Positions 22,551 to 36,900 of a DNA stretch of 64,000 nucleotides are shown here, one piece after another. The translations under genes and the position numbers were made by a program. Source of the DNA: Octopus sinensis (Eukaryota); contig NC_043002.1 in NCBI RefSeq assembly GCF_006345805.1, forward strand, positions 34,844,001 to 34,908,000, given 5' to 3'. The notes under the pieces are model-generated. The model was given only the letters and a program-made list of their open reading frames with translations. It did no database searches and was not told where the DNA came from. Numbering within the stretch: the stretch's first letter is position 1; each line of letters opens with the position of its first letter.

Positions 22551-23438
22551 TACAAAATAAGAAAATTGAGGAATACACCTTAATCAATAATCAACTACCA
22601 GATAATACCCATTCACATAATTTATTAACCAACTACATATGAACATCAAGGTCAAACATAATAGTACAGAACAAAACAGTGCACATCAATGAGTAATATG
22701 ATACAATGAGTACAATATGTATAAATAAATATAAATATAAACTATATCTTACAGCTGTTTCAGCCATGTAGATATGAGTATCTCATTATGCTCATATTAG
22801 CCAGGTGTGATAAGTTATATTTTACTGGCATTATTATTAATAATAATAATAATATTAATGGCATTTTGTAACTTAATATAATGAACTCTTGACTTTGTAT
22901 ATATGTACATTTGTATATGGATATGTGTATGTTCGTATATTATAATATTCTAATATATTGATTTGACTAACTGTAACATATGTATGTATATTATTATGTA
23001 TATATATAGGTGCATGTGTATATACGCTTATATGTATGTGTATATTATATTATGTATATGTACTCATTCTTGTATGGGTGTACCTTCTCTGATATTCATA
23101 TTTAGATTGTACTTTATTCTCTGAAGAGGCCTTGGGATATATTTGTAAGTGTCTCATTTATAACCACATATTAACTTATCACACGTGGCTAATATGAGCA
23201 TAATGAGATACTCATATCTACATGGCTGAAACAGCTGTAAGATATAGTTTATATTTATATTTATTTATACATATTGTACTCATTGTATCATATTACTCAT
23301 TGATGTGCACTGTTTTGTTCTGTACTATTATGTTTGACCTTGATGTTCATATGTAGTTGGTTAATAAATTATGTAAATGGGTATTATCTGGTAGTTGATT
23401 ATTGATTAAGGTGTATTTCTCCATTTTCTTATTTTGTA
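22551..23438. repeat. Long inverted repeat: two 267-bp near-identical arms and a ~354-bp spacer, probably a Penelope-like terminal repeat
   Basis: 22551-22817 is the reverse complement of 23172-23438 with few mismatches. Confidence 0.9.
23115..23245 (+). ncRNA. Type I minimal hammerhead ribozyme motif (Penelope-like element type)
   Basis: CTGAAGA (23121-23127), stem II GGCC...GGCT, GAAA (23228-23231), palindromic CAGCTG stem III, TA cleavage site (23238-23239). Stem I is only 3 bp. Confidence 0.6.
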
Positions 23439-25094
23439 TTATGAATTTGTGCTAAAACATTTTACCTTTGCCCATATAATACAATAAATGAATTAATTGC
23501 ATCGCAATTCTAACATTTATGTATTAACTTTGTTGGGTGCTTTACTGTCAGTATATTGGATATGTTATCCCATGGTGGGTTGCACTCACAACCCCTATCT
23601 CAATTTGTATATATATATATATTGAGGTAAACAAGCTTTTTTCCAGCATTTTACATCATACATGTTATTGAATGTTTTATAGTAAATTTTATAATATTGA
23701 ATCATTAGAAAGTATTTAAGGGTGTGTGTGCTAATATTTTAATTATCTGCTTTGGACATTAGAAGTTGACAGTCCTTTTTTTTTAGTCTGTTTTATGGGG
23801 GTTACAATGCTAAATGTTGGGATCTGCCGTCTCCTCATACTTACATACCCCTTTAACTGCCTGTTACTTTCCTGTCATCTCTATCATTTGTGCTATCTGT
23901 TTTTGCCAGACTCACCTCCTTTGTACTCCCCTAGTACCCTCTTCATTGCCTGACCTCACTTACCCATCTTAAGATCTGTGTTTGACAGACAACATTGGAC
24001 CTGTTGTGCCCACCACACCTTACCTTCACCCTCCACTCTTGTACTGTTAGTCACTACTTCATTCATTGTTATACTCTTGCTCAATTTCAATTATGCTTTG
24101 GCTCTTCCTCTGTCTCCTGGGTTACATTACTTTCAGTCATTGTTTTTAGTCATGTATGTTACTGTAAATGTTTATTCATGCCTCAAAATACTGAGTACTC
24201 CTATCTCTCATCCCTTTTATCACTCACCTCTACTATTTATGTCTTTAGTATTCATGTTACAAAGCAGTTTGTAAGCGAACAGACACGTGATGTTGAAAGG
24301 CCCTCATGTCAGCAATATGGTTACCTCCCTTATGTTGGTACTTTGATGACACACTCTGTACTCTGACTCTTCATCTGTTTAAGAAGATGATGGTTTCTCT
24401 CATGCTGATGTTATGAAAAATGCACTTAAGTACAAACTAAGTGGTCGGTGTTAGGAAGAGCATACAGTTATAGAAACCATGTGAAAAATGAAACACAAGT
24501 GAGATGTCCTCCTCCAATCCATTTAGTGAATAGTACCTCCAAATATTTGCTGACTCTGACTGGTAACACATCCAATTCATGCTTACAGTGAAAGTTGACG
24601 TAAAATGCTATTGATGAAGAAACAAATTTTAATGAAGTCTGTTTTTCTCAAGGTCATTGTCAAATATTGCATAATATTCCCATGAACTGATAAACAAAGT
24701 CCTCTCCCGTGATTATCCATAAATGTCTTCATGTGATATAGTTTGTACCCTTCCTGTATCTTGTAATCTGATATTTAATGCTGACAATGTTTGAGTATTA
24801 AGTCAACTCATTTCAAAGGAAATTATTTAGTTTACCACGAAAAATTAAATTTGTTTGTTAATCTGGCTATCTGGGTTTAAATGGTGAATGAGTTTCCGTT
24901 TAAATGGAATGTTGAGGTATCAGCATTGAGATATAAGCTCACGTGTCATCAGTTTATCTGCTGTCACTTGTACACCTTTTATGTCTTCTATTGCATCTAC
25001 TCCTTACATGTCACATTTATGTGTCTACTGTTATTCATACACTTTGTATCTTTCACACACACATATCTGTATATTTCCATGTATATGTCAACAT

Positions 25095-25360
25095 ATATCC
25101 TCCCGAAGGACCTGAGAGACCTGCATGGGGTGGATGCAGATGTCTTTAAAATAAAACTGGAACTCTTCCTGTCAGGTGTCCCAGATGAACCAACTTCACG
25201 GCAGGAGGTGCAGATGAGGGCAGCTGCATCGAACTCTCTCATGCACCAAATGGCAATTGCTAAAAGGCATTCGTGAAGTAAAATCATGTAGCAACACCAA
25301 ATGGCAGTGCCCCAGCATGGCCACAGCTCATGAGCTGAAACTAGATAAAATAGAAAAAAT
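25095..25360 (+). mobile_element. 3' end of a CR1-like LINE
   Basis: LPKDLRDLHGVDADVFKIKLELFLSGVPDEP resembles CR1-group RT C-termini as I recall them; followed by a CAGCATGGCCACAG...CTGAAAC tail. Confidence 0.7.
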
Positions 25361-27949
25361 AAAAAATGTATTTGTTGTTCAATTAAAGCTTAACCAACAA
25401 TTGATATGAAATAAATAAGTTTGTGTTGATTTCCTCTCATTTAAGGATTTGTGATTATATCTGTGAGGTGGAAATAGATTTATAAAATTTAGTTTCTAAA
25501 CCTGACATGAAGTAAAATACTTGGTTACTGAAAATTTGGACTATTAAGGCTATAGTTAGACATCAGCTCAGTACAGCTACTTTTAAATAAATGTATGTCA
25601 GTTACCTAGTGGGAAAGATTGGTATAACACTTAGTTTAGAAAACAGTTTCCAATTGAACTCCAGTCTGGTACAATGTAAACCTCTCAGGAATAAGATACC
25701 TGTGATTATATTGGAAATAAAAAGGTAATGTAAATGTTAACATTTTTGTCTCTAAGAATGGCATTACTGATTTGAAAAATTATAATTGTATTAAGATCAA
25801 ATCATTTCAGACATTTCTTAACATTAAATATTAAGAAATGTCTGAAATGGATCAGACTGAATTTGTTGAGTCAGATTTTGTAGGGCTGGATACCCTTTCC
25901 ATGTCGAACCTTTACTTATTTCTAACCAAGATAATATTTCCCCTTGGCCAGATATGTTTCTCATGGATAATAAGAAGTGAATGTCACTTGTCTGACAGTG
26001 ATGCTCATTTACAATCACAATTTCAAGACAAACACACATGACAGGCTTCTTTCAGTTTCCATCTTCTAAAACCATTTACTTTTTCAGTGCTTATAGACCA
26101 AGTCTAATTCTGATCTTTAAATTACTGTTGTATTTTAGTGCCAAGTTATTTCTTACTGAACAGACCTGTGACCAAAATTGTTCTAACTGCAATGACAAGA
26201 TGACAGTGCTTTTCAGACATAGTGTATCCAGACAATTCTAATGTTAGACTGAGCTTTGAGGGAGATCTTGGCTATTATATCTAGTATTTGTATGACTGTC
26301 TCTTTTTGTTGGCTTGCAAATTAGGCCTTTTAGTTGCCCTTTTCATTCATCTTGAATCTTAGTCCCCTGATTTATTTTCTGTCGAACTGTCAACAGTATT
26401 GAATGTAAGTTTTATGGAATTGAGTGCTCATGGAGGTTCATGCTTGGATGTAGGAATACGAACATTTCTCTGGTACAGGAACTCATTGACAACCATTTCT
26501 CTATTTTAATTGTTTTTCATATTATTATTTTGCTAACAGTTCTAATTGAAGTCCATCTTCAATTAAAGATATTGACCAATTAAACTGATATTTTATTTTT
26601 TCATTAGCTTGGATTTGTTACTGCAGACTGTTTTTGGGTTCACTTGCTCTACAGTACTGTCCATTTCTTAATTCCAGTATTAATGTTTTCTTAGCTACAA
26701 GTGAAAGATAACTCTCTAATTAGAGGTAAATTCAATGCAACTGTGATCTACTTTAAATGTTTGAAATATTCACATTATTTTGAATTATGTATTATCTCAT
26801 AGCTTCAAGATTTTTATATGATTGTTTAATTTAGAGTTACGTATTGTAGGTTTGAGAGGCTAGATCTGGCTGATTTGAACATAAAAAAGAATATTTGAAC
26901 CTCATATAGCTGGTTTAAATGTTAAAAGATTATCAAAGTATTGAATTTCAAATTCCACCCTCCTCTTCTATGTACATCAGTCCTGATCATTTATTTACTC
27001 TCTCTAAGTAGAGGTTAAAGCACATTAGAGTATTACATCTGTGGTACTGCTGTTGCTACATACAATGACACTTTTTACTAGCTCCTATTCACCAATATGA
27101 GGACCTACTTAGTCGTGGCACTTTGGGTAAATTTAAGAATAAAATGAGGCTTGTTTACTATCAGCTGCTCAGTGTTGATAAACTTTCAAGTTTAAATGTT
27201 AACCATTAAACATTAATGATGAACCTCTACCCTTGATGTTAACGAATATTTAAAAAAAAAATCCTTGTGTATTACCACTTATCACTTCTTCCTCGATGAC
27301 CCACTGCTATTTTCCTTACATTCTTCAAATCTAAGACTCATCATTGCCCTACTACCATCTGTGTTCATTCACTTCTTTTCCCATCTCTGCTAGCTGTCAC
27401 TTTCCTTTCACACTTTTGCAAGCTTACAACCTTCCAAGTTATTCTCGATTCCTATTCTTTCCCTATCCACCTTCTTGTGTCTCAAGAGGATGCTCTCTTA
27501 CTAGAATAGCCATGTATCTCTTCTACAACAAGACACCTGTTCCTGTTTCTTTTTCATACTCTGTGTCTCTCAACATGTGACACAGAGCAATCTCCTTAAA
27601 TATTGCACCCCACCCTGTCAAGGGGTCTTGCAAAATTACTTGATCTCACTAGTGTTGGTGCCATGTAAAAATCACCCAATACACTGGTTGGGATTAGGAA
27701 AGGCATCCAGTTGTGGAAACCTTGCCAAACCAGATATTGGAGACTATTGCAGCCTTTAGGTTAGTCAGATCCTGTTGAATCATTCAACCTACACCGGCAT
27801 GAAATACAGATGTTAAATGAAAATTATGTTGGTAGTTAACTCTAATGTTAACCACTACACATTGACAATAAATGTCCAATAATCAATAATAATCTCATTA
27901 TTTTTTTTTATACAGCCACTGATACTAATATGTCAAGTTTTCTATCAGT

Positions 27950-28110
27950 GGACATTATGTTCTGAGTTCAAATTCCACCGAGGTCAACTTTGCCTTTCAT
28001 CCTTTCGAGGTTGATTAAATAAGTACCAGTTATGCACTGGAGTCGATGTAATCGACAACCTCTTACCTGTCCTTGTTTGTCCCCCTGTAGGCAATAAAGG
28101 CATAAATGTA
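27950..28110 (-). mobile_element. SINE (AAGGCGGCGAGCTGGCAG family), 3' half
   Basis: TTGCCTTTCATCCTTTCGAGGTTGATTAAATAAGTACCAG...AATAAAG matches the copy at 38371-38603 as written on the plus strand; strand call is uncertain. Confidence 0.5.
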
Positions 28111-30229
28111 AGGGAAACAAGTTTGATCATATACAACTGTACTACAGTGAGCAGGGTGTGTCCTACTTTGATAATTTGCCTTCCATAAATTGGATATATT
28201 ATTGCCAAAGTTAAGTTATTTTTCCCAGTTAAGATGAAAAGTGGGCTTCATTTATTGTAAGTCTAGGATTTAGTGTGAATTGGGTTACACATATTATAAA
28301 GGGGAATAAATACGGCAATACTAGCAATTGGCTGAAATATTTTATGGTTGAAGTCATCAGTCTAGTGTTGAATATTTGTGTAATAACCTCTTACAATGGC
28401 CCTCTCAAATATACAAATCCTCTATTTAACTTTTGTCAGTTAAGATAAGACCCCAATCTCGTTTTAGACTTGGCCATGTTAAGTTTGCTTAATGATTGTG
28501 ATTTCAGGTTCAACTCTAGTACATCACATTTTGGACAAGTGTCTCCTATCACAACCTTGGGTTTGACACCACATATTACTCAGATTTTGGTAAACAAACA
28601 TCGTGGAAGATTGGAGGGGCTGTAATTGTACTCTAACCAGGTCTTACCCAGTTTCTTCCTGCTAGTACCATAGGTCTTGTGAAAAAGATCTTCCTTCTTT
28701 GTAAACAAATCTAGCTAGAAGAATGAAACAATCCACTCAGTCAATAGTAGCAGAATTATAGAAGAGTCATACAATAATTTCAATCAATTCCATCTCCATA
28801 AAATAAGGCAAAAGAGAGGGCAAAAAATCCCAACATCAGAAAACGAAAGCTAGTAAATTATCTACTGAAACAACGTTCCAGTATATATTCTGCGAGACTT
28901 ACATTATCTAAAGTAGGACATTCTATCTTTCTTTGAAAGGACTTTAAAGTAATTTTTGTCAGAATTGGAATACCCAAACTTAGGTCTCGTCTTCACTGTT
29001 TGGTGACTGATATTGTAGAGGTGTAGATTATTTTTCTTAAATTACTTTTTGAAATTTCATCTGTAACTAAAGATAAACTGCTTAAAGTATATTTGGGAAT
29101 TGCTCACAAAATTTAATATGGTTTTCTGCAAAATTTTCATAAATTTTAATGTTTGCACTGTGATATACACACAGCCTAAACATTTTACATGGAGGGACAC
29201 TGCATTTACTGGAACTTTGGGTAATTTGGGGGCAGAAATTCTGCTGTATGAAACAATTGTTCCAAACAACTTTGATATCTATAAGAAAATAATAAAATAT
29301 ATATATATTCTGAACAAGTCTAAATTCATGATTAAAAAAAAATTCAATTGAACCATTTACACCATGTACTGTGAGCAGAAATATAATGAATGGGTTAAAA
29401 CCTAAAACTAATTTAATCTTTTGTACAGTATAAAGGCATTATTAAGAATGTCAGAAACGAAATATGTTTTATAAAAGGTTACCGACCAGGTATTATGGAT
29501 GGGAGAGAAGACTATTCCATATGAAAGCAAGATAGGAGTCACTTAGAGCCCAAAAAGTAAGATGTTAGTAAAGCTATTTGTTAAAGGGAAAGGTGAAAGT
29601 TCCAGCATTGCTCAGTATTTATCCAAATTCTTGCAATTAGTTCATGAGTTATTTCCCCTTAGCGCATGTAAAATGTCAAATTATAATCGCGACATATTTC
29701 TCTGAAAATTTCAACTGGTGCAGATTTATAGCATGCTGACAAGAATTAATATGTCCGTATTTGTGACCCTTGCCACAACGATCAGGTTTTCCCTTAACAC
29801 GTTAATTAATTTTGAGAAAGTATCTCCTTGTAGTGTTTGATTTTCCTTTTTCTTCTAATAGAACATTTGAATAAAGAATTCTGCATCAAGCATTGATTAC
29901 ATCACTTCAGGATGATTGATGTCAAGTAGTTTAAGAGGGTGTTATACCAAAAGACTGGTATAAAAACATTATAAGGTATGGGGAGAAAGTATTTAGTCAA
30001 TAAAGTCCAGGTGAAATTAGCAGGTAGTACTAATTATTCATGGTACATGGAATTACAATAGCTATATTTCAAATGAGTTCACTATAATGAAAGGTTCTTA
30101 GCCATGAATTAATTCTAATTTGCATGAAATATTTTTAAAAAATACAGCTTGGAGAAAGGGACTGTATCTATAGCTTTCCCAGACCCACTAAGTTCAGTGA
30201 GGTAAGTGGAGAGTTCTCACACTTTCGTT

Positions 30230-30900
30230 CAAGCAGAGTGCCGTCTATAGTAGATGTAATAAAGACAGAGATAGCAAATTTGATGACCAAAAGGGGAGTG
30301 TGTTGCTAATCAATTGTATGCCACTTTTGGGATACAATCTAAAATATGTGTGTGTAGTAGCAGGCTTAGGTATTTTCTGGCTCTCAATGCAAGGACCAAT
30401 CCTTGTTATGCAGACTTTGCAGTATTGAGAAGGGATTGTCAAGAGACATCCTTAGTTATAGTAAAATCAAGGATTTGTAGTGATTGAGGTGTCTTGTACG
30501 TTTAAGATGGATGAAGTTTGAATTTTCATGATATGAGTAACAATGTCTGACAAGATTGGCAAGGCCCCACTGAAGAATACTTTTGGTGTAAAGTGTCTCA
30601 GTTACACATGGATGATCCTAGGGTGTGGAAAGTAAGAGAAGATTGAAGGGTGATACCATCTACTTAAAAGTGAGTGCTGTTGGTTGGAGGTCAGCAGTAG
30701 GTGGGTAAATAATGTAAGAGAAAAAATAGAACCTTGGGGCACAGCAGCCAGACAGTATGGGTCAAATAGAATTCCACCAATACATGCTCTGATGGTGCAA
30801 TTATGACAGGAACCCTCAGTCCAAGAGACAAGTTTGGGTGGAGCCCACAGCAATTATTCAGTTAGGAATGTCACATAGATATAACTGAATGCTATGGTTG
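30230..30900 (-). mobile_element. Degenerate LINE reverse-transcriptase remnant (CR1/L2 group)
   Basis: AVPQGSIFSLTLF resembles the GVPQGSVLSPTLF RT motif; many stops and frameshifts. Confidence 0.55.
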
Positions 30901-32447
30901 TCACAAGAAACAACACCATTTTCACCAAATTTTCAGAAGATTAGAGCCCACATGTAAATGACAGAAGAGAGCAGATATGTAGATCTGGTTTTACTGAAGC
31001 CATATTGATGGTGTTTAATGGGCAAGAAGCATCCTTTGCATTTTGAATGATAGTCTTGCAAGAACTGCAATGGGTGATGTTCTCTAAGGCTGTGTTCTTA
31101 GCCTTAAACTACTGCAATGTAACTATGAATATAAAAGGGGATTTAAGGTCATTGTTTTGGTTGTGTACATGTGTGTGATGTAGAGGTACATATGAAAGAG
31201 AATGCTTTCAGCCTTTGCTAGGAGTTGATTTGAATGTTTGCCTTAGAGTGAAACCTGTTCAAGGCAGCCATATAGGCTAGAAAGCAGTGTTAACCTGGGA
31301 GACATAACATAGCTACAAAGAAACAGCAGCCTCAATGCGACCACTTGACTCAACAGAGAAAGCAGAACTATTATGAACAATATATCACAAGGCACATGAT
31401 AAAGCAGGGTCAAACAGTAATGCATCAGCAGTGTAAAAATTAGTTTGAAGGAAGTGGAATGAGAGAGAGAGCCTTTGTCAACAGCTGTGTCAAACCAAGA
31501 CAAGTGGAGAGAGAGAAAAAGAGAAAAATAACGAGAGAAGGAAGTGTGAATGTATCAGAGGAATAGAAAGAGTGAGACAAGCAGGTAGATTATTGACTCC
31601 CTCATATTTACCGTTAATAACAGGAAATTATTTAAGCAATCTGTAAATAAATTCAATAATTATAACCAACTAAAATTTCAAGTGTATCATTGTCTTTTCC
31701 TCTTAGAATTAAAATTGTTGTCAATAAAACAGGTTGAAGAGACATGGAGAGGTATTCATTTTAGGTAGTTCTGCCTACACCTTGCCTTTGTGCATCCTTG
31801 CAAGATGGACAGATCTACTTCTCACAGTAAAATAAAGAAACACAAAAGTCCCTAGAAGGAGGAGAAATAAATGCAAATTAATGGTAAATCAGTTTAATAA
31901 TGATATCGAAGGATGCAATGAGGAGATATTTACACACAAAGAAACCTTAACTAGCACAAGAGGTAACAGAATCGGAGAAAATATGAAATGACAGTGAATT
32001 CTGGAGGGGTTTCAAATGAATTTGTGCATTTTATATCAAACCATTCTTTTCAAATAGGAGTCTCTAATGCTCAAAAAGTATGCAGGCATATGTATATATA
32101 TATACATACATGTATGTATATATATATATTTATGCTTACATGCATGGATATCTATACATACACACAGAAGATGCACAATTCAAACAGATTCTAAAATTGA
32201 AATGTATATAGATAGGGAAGAAGTAGAAGTAAAAAGCTGAGGTGGAAATTTTCAGTGGATACGAGAGTTGTTTTGATTGCTTCAGTTGTGCTTTTTTTTT
32301 TATTGTATTTCAAACAAGAACTTTTTTTTGAAGTGTTTCTTCCTTTCATGTTATGAATCCTTTGAGCTAATTAAAACCAAATTAAACCAGCAAAGTGGTG
32401 TTTGGTTTGTTAAAAATGGATGAAGCAGAATTTGTAATAAAACTGGT

Positions 32448-32947
32448 TCATGTGAGTGGCAGAGTGTTTGGTGCATTGAGTGTAGCTTGAGCAAGAATGT
32501 TGATAGCAGTGAGATCTGCTTCAGTCAGTTCAGTGCCACCACTTGAGGTACACTCAACCTCATATTCAACTTGGTTAGGAGCAATAAAAAACAAAGGTGC
32601 TTCAACACTCTGCTCAACACTTTCAGTGGCTCGTGCTGTCTCGGTTGGGTCCTGTATCTGTTCTTCATTTTGGACAAGTTCAGCAGCAACCCAAGTTTCT
32701 TGTTGATCTGGAGTGACAGCAGCAGTGGCATCAGAAGTAAATACAGAATAGGTATTCGAACCAACAGTTATCTTAAGCTGAGGACATGGCAAGTCAGGCT
32801 TCTTTCGTTTAGGTGCAGGGTATATTTCTCCTGTGTGCTGAGCTGCATGGCTACGTAGATATTCTTTCCGTAAAAAGCGTCGACCACAATGCTGGCACTC
32901 ATAGCGTTTCAAACCCATGTGGGCCTCAATATGGCGCTTCAGACTCC
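32448..32947 (-). CDS. Terminal exon: end of finger 5, finger 6 and acidic tail
   Basis: [40 protein letters not shown]..., stop at 32448-32450. Confidence 0.93.
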
Positions 32948-33926
32948 CTAAAAAGATAAAGAAAAAAATGGCATTTAATGAATAAAATTATTATATCATT
33001 TTAGGTAATTAATTTAAGTAAGCTGATTACAAAACACTTGTGTACACATCATAAAGAGAACAGCGTCCTGGTTACTGTTCACCACTAAATCCTAAAGTTG
33101 ATGGCATCAACTAAACAGACAGAGGCATGCAGAGCACTCTGCCTCTCATGCCAAAAGACAATAACAAATAACTATTTTCTAACTTTTTACTCTATGGCTG
33201 GTATCTAAACATCACAGCTCTTGTTTAACATAAAAATAAATTTAGCAAACTAAACACCTTCCTCTAATTAACTCAATACTTTTAACATATTCTTCATACA
33301 GAAAAAAGGCAGCAGTAGAGAAGATCAAGTATGCTATTACTTACTCATTGCAGTGAACACACGGCTGCATTCTGCACATTTGTAAACTTTAGGAACTGCA
33401 GGATGCTTGGCTTCCATATGTGCATTCAAACGACTATCAGAAGCAAATGGTCGATTGCATATTTCACACTTCCGCATCTGATCCTTGTCTTTTTCATGAA
33501 CTGACATATGAGCTAAAAGAGACTGGGTCCTCGGGAAACCTTTACCACAAACACTGCACCTGCAAATTGGAGGTCAAAGATATTTTCACTATACACAAAT
33601 AGAAAAAAATTGGAAACACTTTAAATGAACTTTTATTGGAAACTCTCAGCAAATATATGGGAGTCAATATTCTATTAGACAAAGTAGCATGCCATGTGTG
33701 AGTGCACATACTATTTTGTATATATACACCAAAATACATGTGATTATACATAAACCACTACAACATCTGAGCAACAGTATATATGTATTAAAATACACCA
33801 CAAGCACTCAGTCCCCTCTGTGGGATGGTTGGTGTTAGGAAAGGCATCCAGCTGTAAAAACCATGCCAAAAACAGACACAGTAGCCTGGAGTAGTCTTCT
33901 ACCTGGCCAGCAGATGTTAAACAAAG

Positions 33927-33958
<32 letters not shown>

Positions 33959-36900
33959 TATATGTGGAAGATTATTACCTCACTTATAAACAGGTGGGGT
34001 TAATGACAGGAAGAGCAACCTGATTTAGAAAACTCTACCTCCGACACACACTCACCTAACCCATGCAAGCATGGAAAAGTAGATGTTAAAATGATGATTA
34101 TATGCACAGTCTACTGAACTGAAAATTACTACCATCCAAGTGCTTCCTTCCTCTATCCTTCACCTGTCACATCCTGCATGTCATATTATACAGGGTCAAG
34201 GAAGGGATGGTTGAAAGGATGTTTATGTTTGCTTACAACTACATAAGCTTCCAAAACAATTAGTCCAAGTGTGGTACATGCTGCCAAGTTATACTTGGTT
34301 GCAAGTGATGGCTCATCATCATCATAATCTAACATTTGTTTTCCATGCTGGCAAACCAGAGAGCCACACTAAGCTCTATTGGTATAGATTTTACTTTGCT
34401 AGGTGGGTCTTCTCAAACACAACATCACCAGTTGTTTCAGTCATTCATCATCATCTCTGTGAAGCTCAGCATCCTAAGGTCATTTCTCACTTTGTCTCAT
34501 GCCTTCCTGGGTCTTCTCTTTCCACAGGTTCCCTCCACATTTAGAGATCAGCATTATTTTTTGTAGCTGCCCTCATCCATACTCATAACATGGCCAATAC
34601 CAGTGCAGTCTTCTCTCTTGCATACTGCAGTTGAGGTCTTTTATACCTAATTTATTTCTCAATACATTTACACTTTGTCATACATGCACATTGACATTGT
34701 TTATCCAGTGGAGCATGCTGACTTCATTTCATTCAAGCTTTCACATGTCCTCTGCAGTCAAAGCCCATGGGGGAAGGAAATGATACAATGGATAGCATAA
34801 CCTTCAAAACAGTATGCTGGCAGAAGAGAAAAGGAAGGGCAGACAGAGAGGGATGGAATGCCTTTTATCAAGCTTGACTGGAAGTTAAACAGCAACAACA
34901 GTTACAACATGCAACAGTCCTGATACAAATTCTACTTACAGATATGGTTTCTCTCCTGTGTGACGTCTCATGTGGATACGAACATATTTCCGTTCAGTAA
35001 ATCGCTTGCCACAGACATCACAACCAAAAGGTTTTTGACCAGAGTGTGTACTCATATGAACTGGCAAAAGAAAAATGAGATCATATCAACACTAAACACT
35101 ACACCACAGCACAATAACATTGTCCTACTGTCATCAAAGTACAATAACACAATTCCATTGTCCTCATAATACAATAATTTTGTACTATTGTCACCATAGT
35201 TCAGTAACATAGTCTCACTGTCACAACTCTGTCAGGATGGTCATGCTTGGAACCTCTTTTATCACAAGAACAACATGCAGCTAAACAATAAATCCACAAA
35301 GGGAGGGATACACATGTCACAAAAATGTATACAGATACACACATTAAAATAAGTGGTATACAACCTACATTATTAGTATACACACACCTTGGAGTTTTAC
35401 AATGAAAAAATTATAGCAATACATATGCATATAGCACTCACCCACCCTGTACAAATCATCATCATCATCATTTAATATCTGTTGTCCATGGGTTGGACAG
35501 TTTGACCAGGGCTAGCAAGCTAGAAGGCTGCACCAGATTCCAGTCTGATTTGGCATGGCCTTTTATTATAGTCCTGGTGTATAGGTGCAGGTGTGGCAAG
35601 TAGTTAATAAGTTTGCTTCTCAACCACATGGTTTCAGGTTCAGCCCCACTGTGTGGCATCTTAAGTTAAGTGTCTTCTACTATAGCTCCAAGCTGATCAA
35701 AGCATTGTGAGTGGATGGAAAGTGAAAGAAATTCATTGTATATGTGTGTGTGTGTGTTTGTGGGGGGCTTGTCTCAACATCATGAGATAGCTGTAAATGA
35801 GTGTTACCATCATATAAGCAAAATCAGTCATTTCTCATATTCTGTGAAAAAATGCCTGGTCATGAATAAATATTATCTGCTTGGAAACAGGTGATGGATG
35901 GTATCAGAAAGGGCATCTGATAGTAGAAGCTTCAATAAACTCCATCCATGCAAGCATTGGAAAAGTGGATGTTAAAATGATGATGATGATAATGAAAGTG
36001 AAAGAAACCCATCATAAGTGTGCATGTGTGTGTGTCCTTATCTTGAAGTATAATAGTTGTAAATAAGTGACATCATTAGACAACTGATATTATTTATTTC
36101 CGATTTTCTATGAAAACATATCTATAATATTACCTTGCTCAGAAATAGGTTAGGGTTAGCAACAGAAAAGGCATCTGACCATAGAAATCTGGTCCAATGA
36201 ATGCTGTTTGACCAATGTAAGCAAGGAAAAATGGACATTAAAATGAAAAGAAAAAAAATTATGTATATACATGTATGTATGTATGTGTGCATGTATATTT
36301 ATTTACATTTGAGTGGCTGGCATTAGGAAGGGCATCCAGCTGTAGAAACTCTGCCAGATCAAGACTGGAACCTGATGCAGCCATCTGGTTTGCCAGTCCT
36401 CAGTCAAATCATCCAACCCATGCTAGCATGGAAAGTGGACGTTAAACGATGATGATTTGCATGTTTCCAAAAATTACTCAGTTACAGGCCATCTGTGGGC
36501 TTGCAACTTAGAAGATGTGTGGAATAAGACATCCATATGCCTTGCTTGAAAAACAAGAAAGAATTATTGAAAAGAAAGGCATCTGGCTGTAAAACAATGC
36601 CTCAATAATAGGTAATAATCGAGCAGAGAAAAAAAAACTAAAGACCAAATGAACATACACACACACTTTACAATATGGGACTGTAGAAAGTCAAACACAA
36701 CTCACAATAAGAGATTTTACACACACACACAAATACACATATGTATGCATATACTTTTTATAACAAGATAAAGAGATATACTCACCTTGCAATGTTACAG
36801 GGCCTCCAAACATTAAGCCACAAATATTACAAGCAAGCTGCTTCTTCCGTTTCATACGCTTCCCTTTAGTTTTCTTTGTTAAAAATGTCTTACTGTCTAC

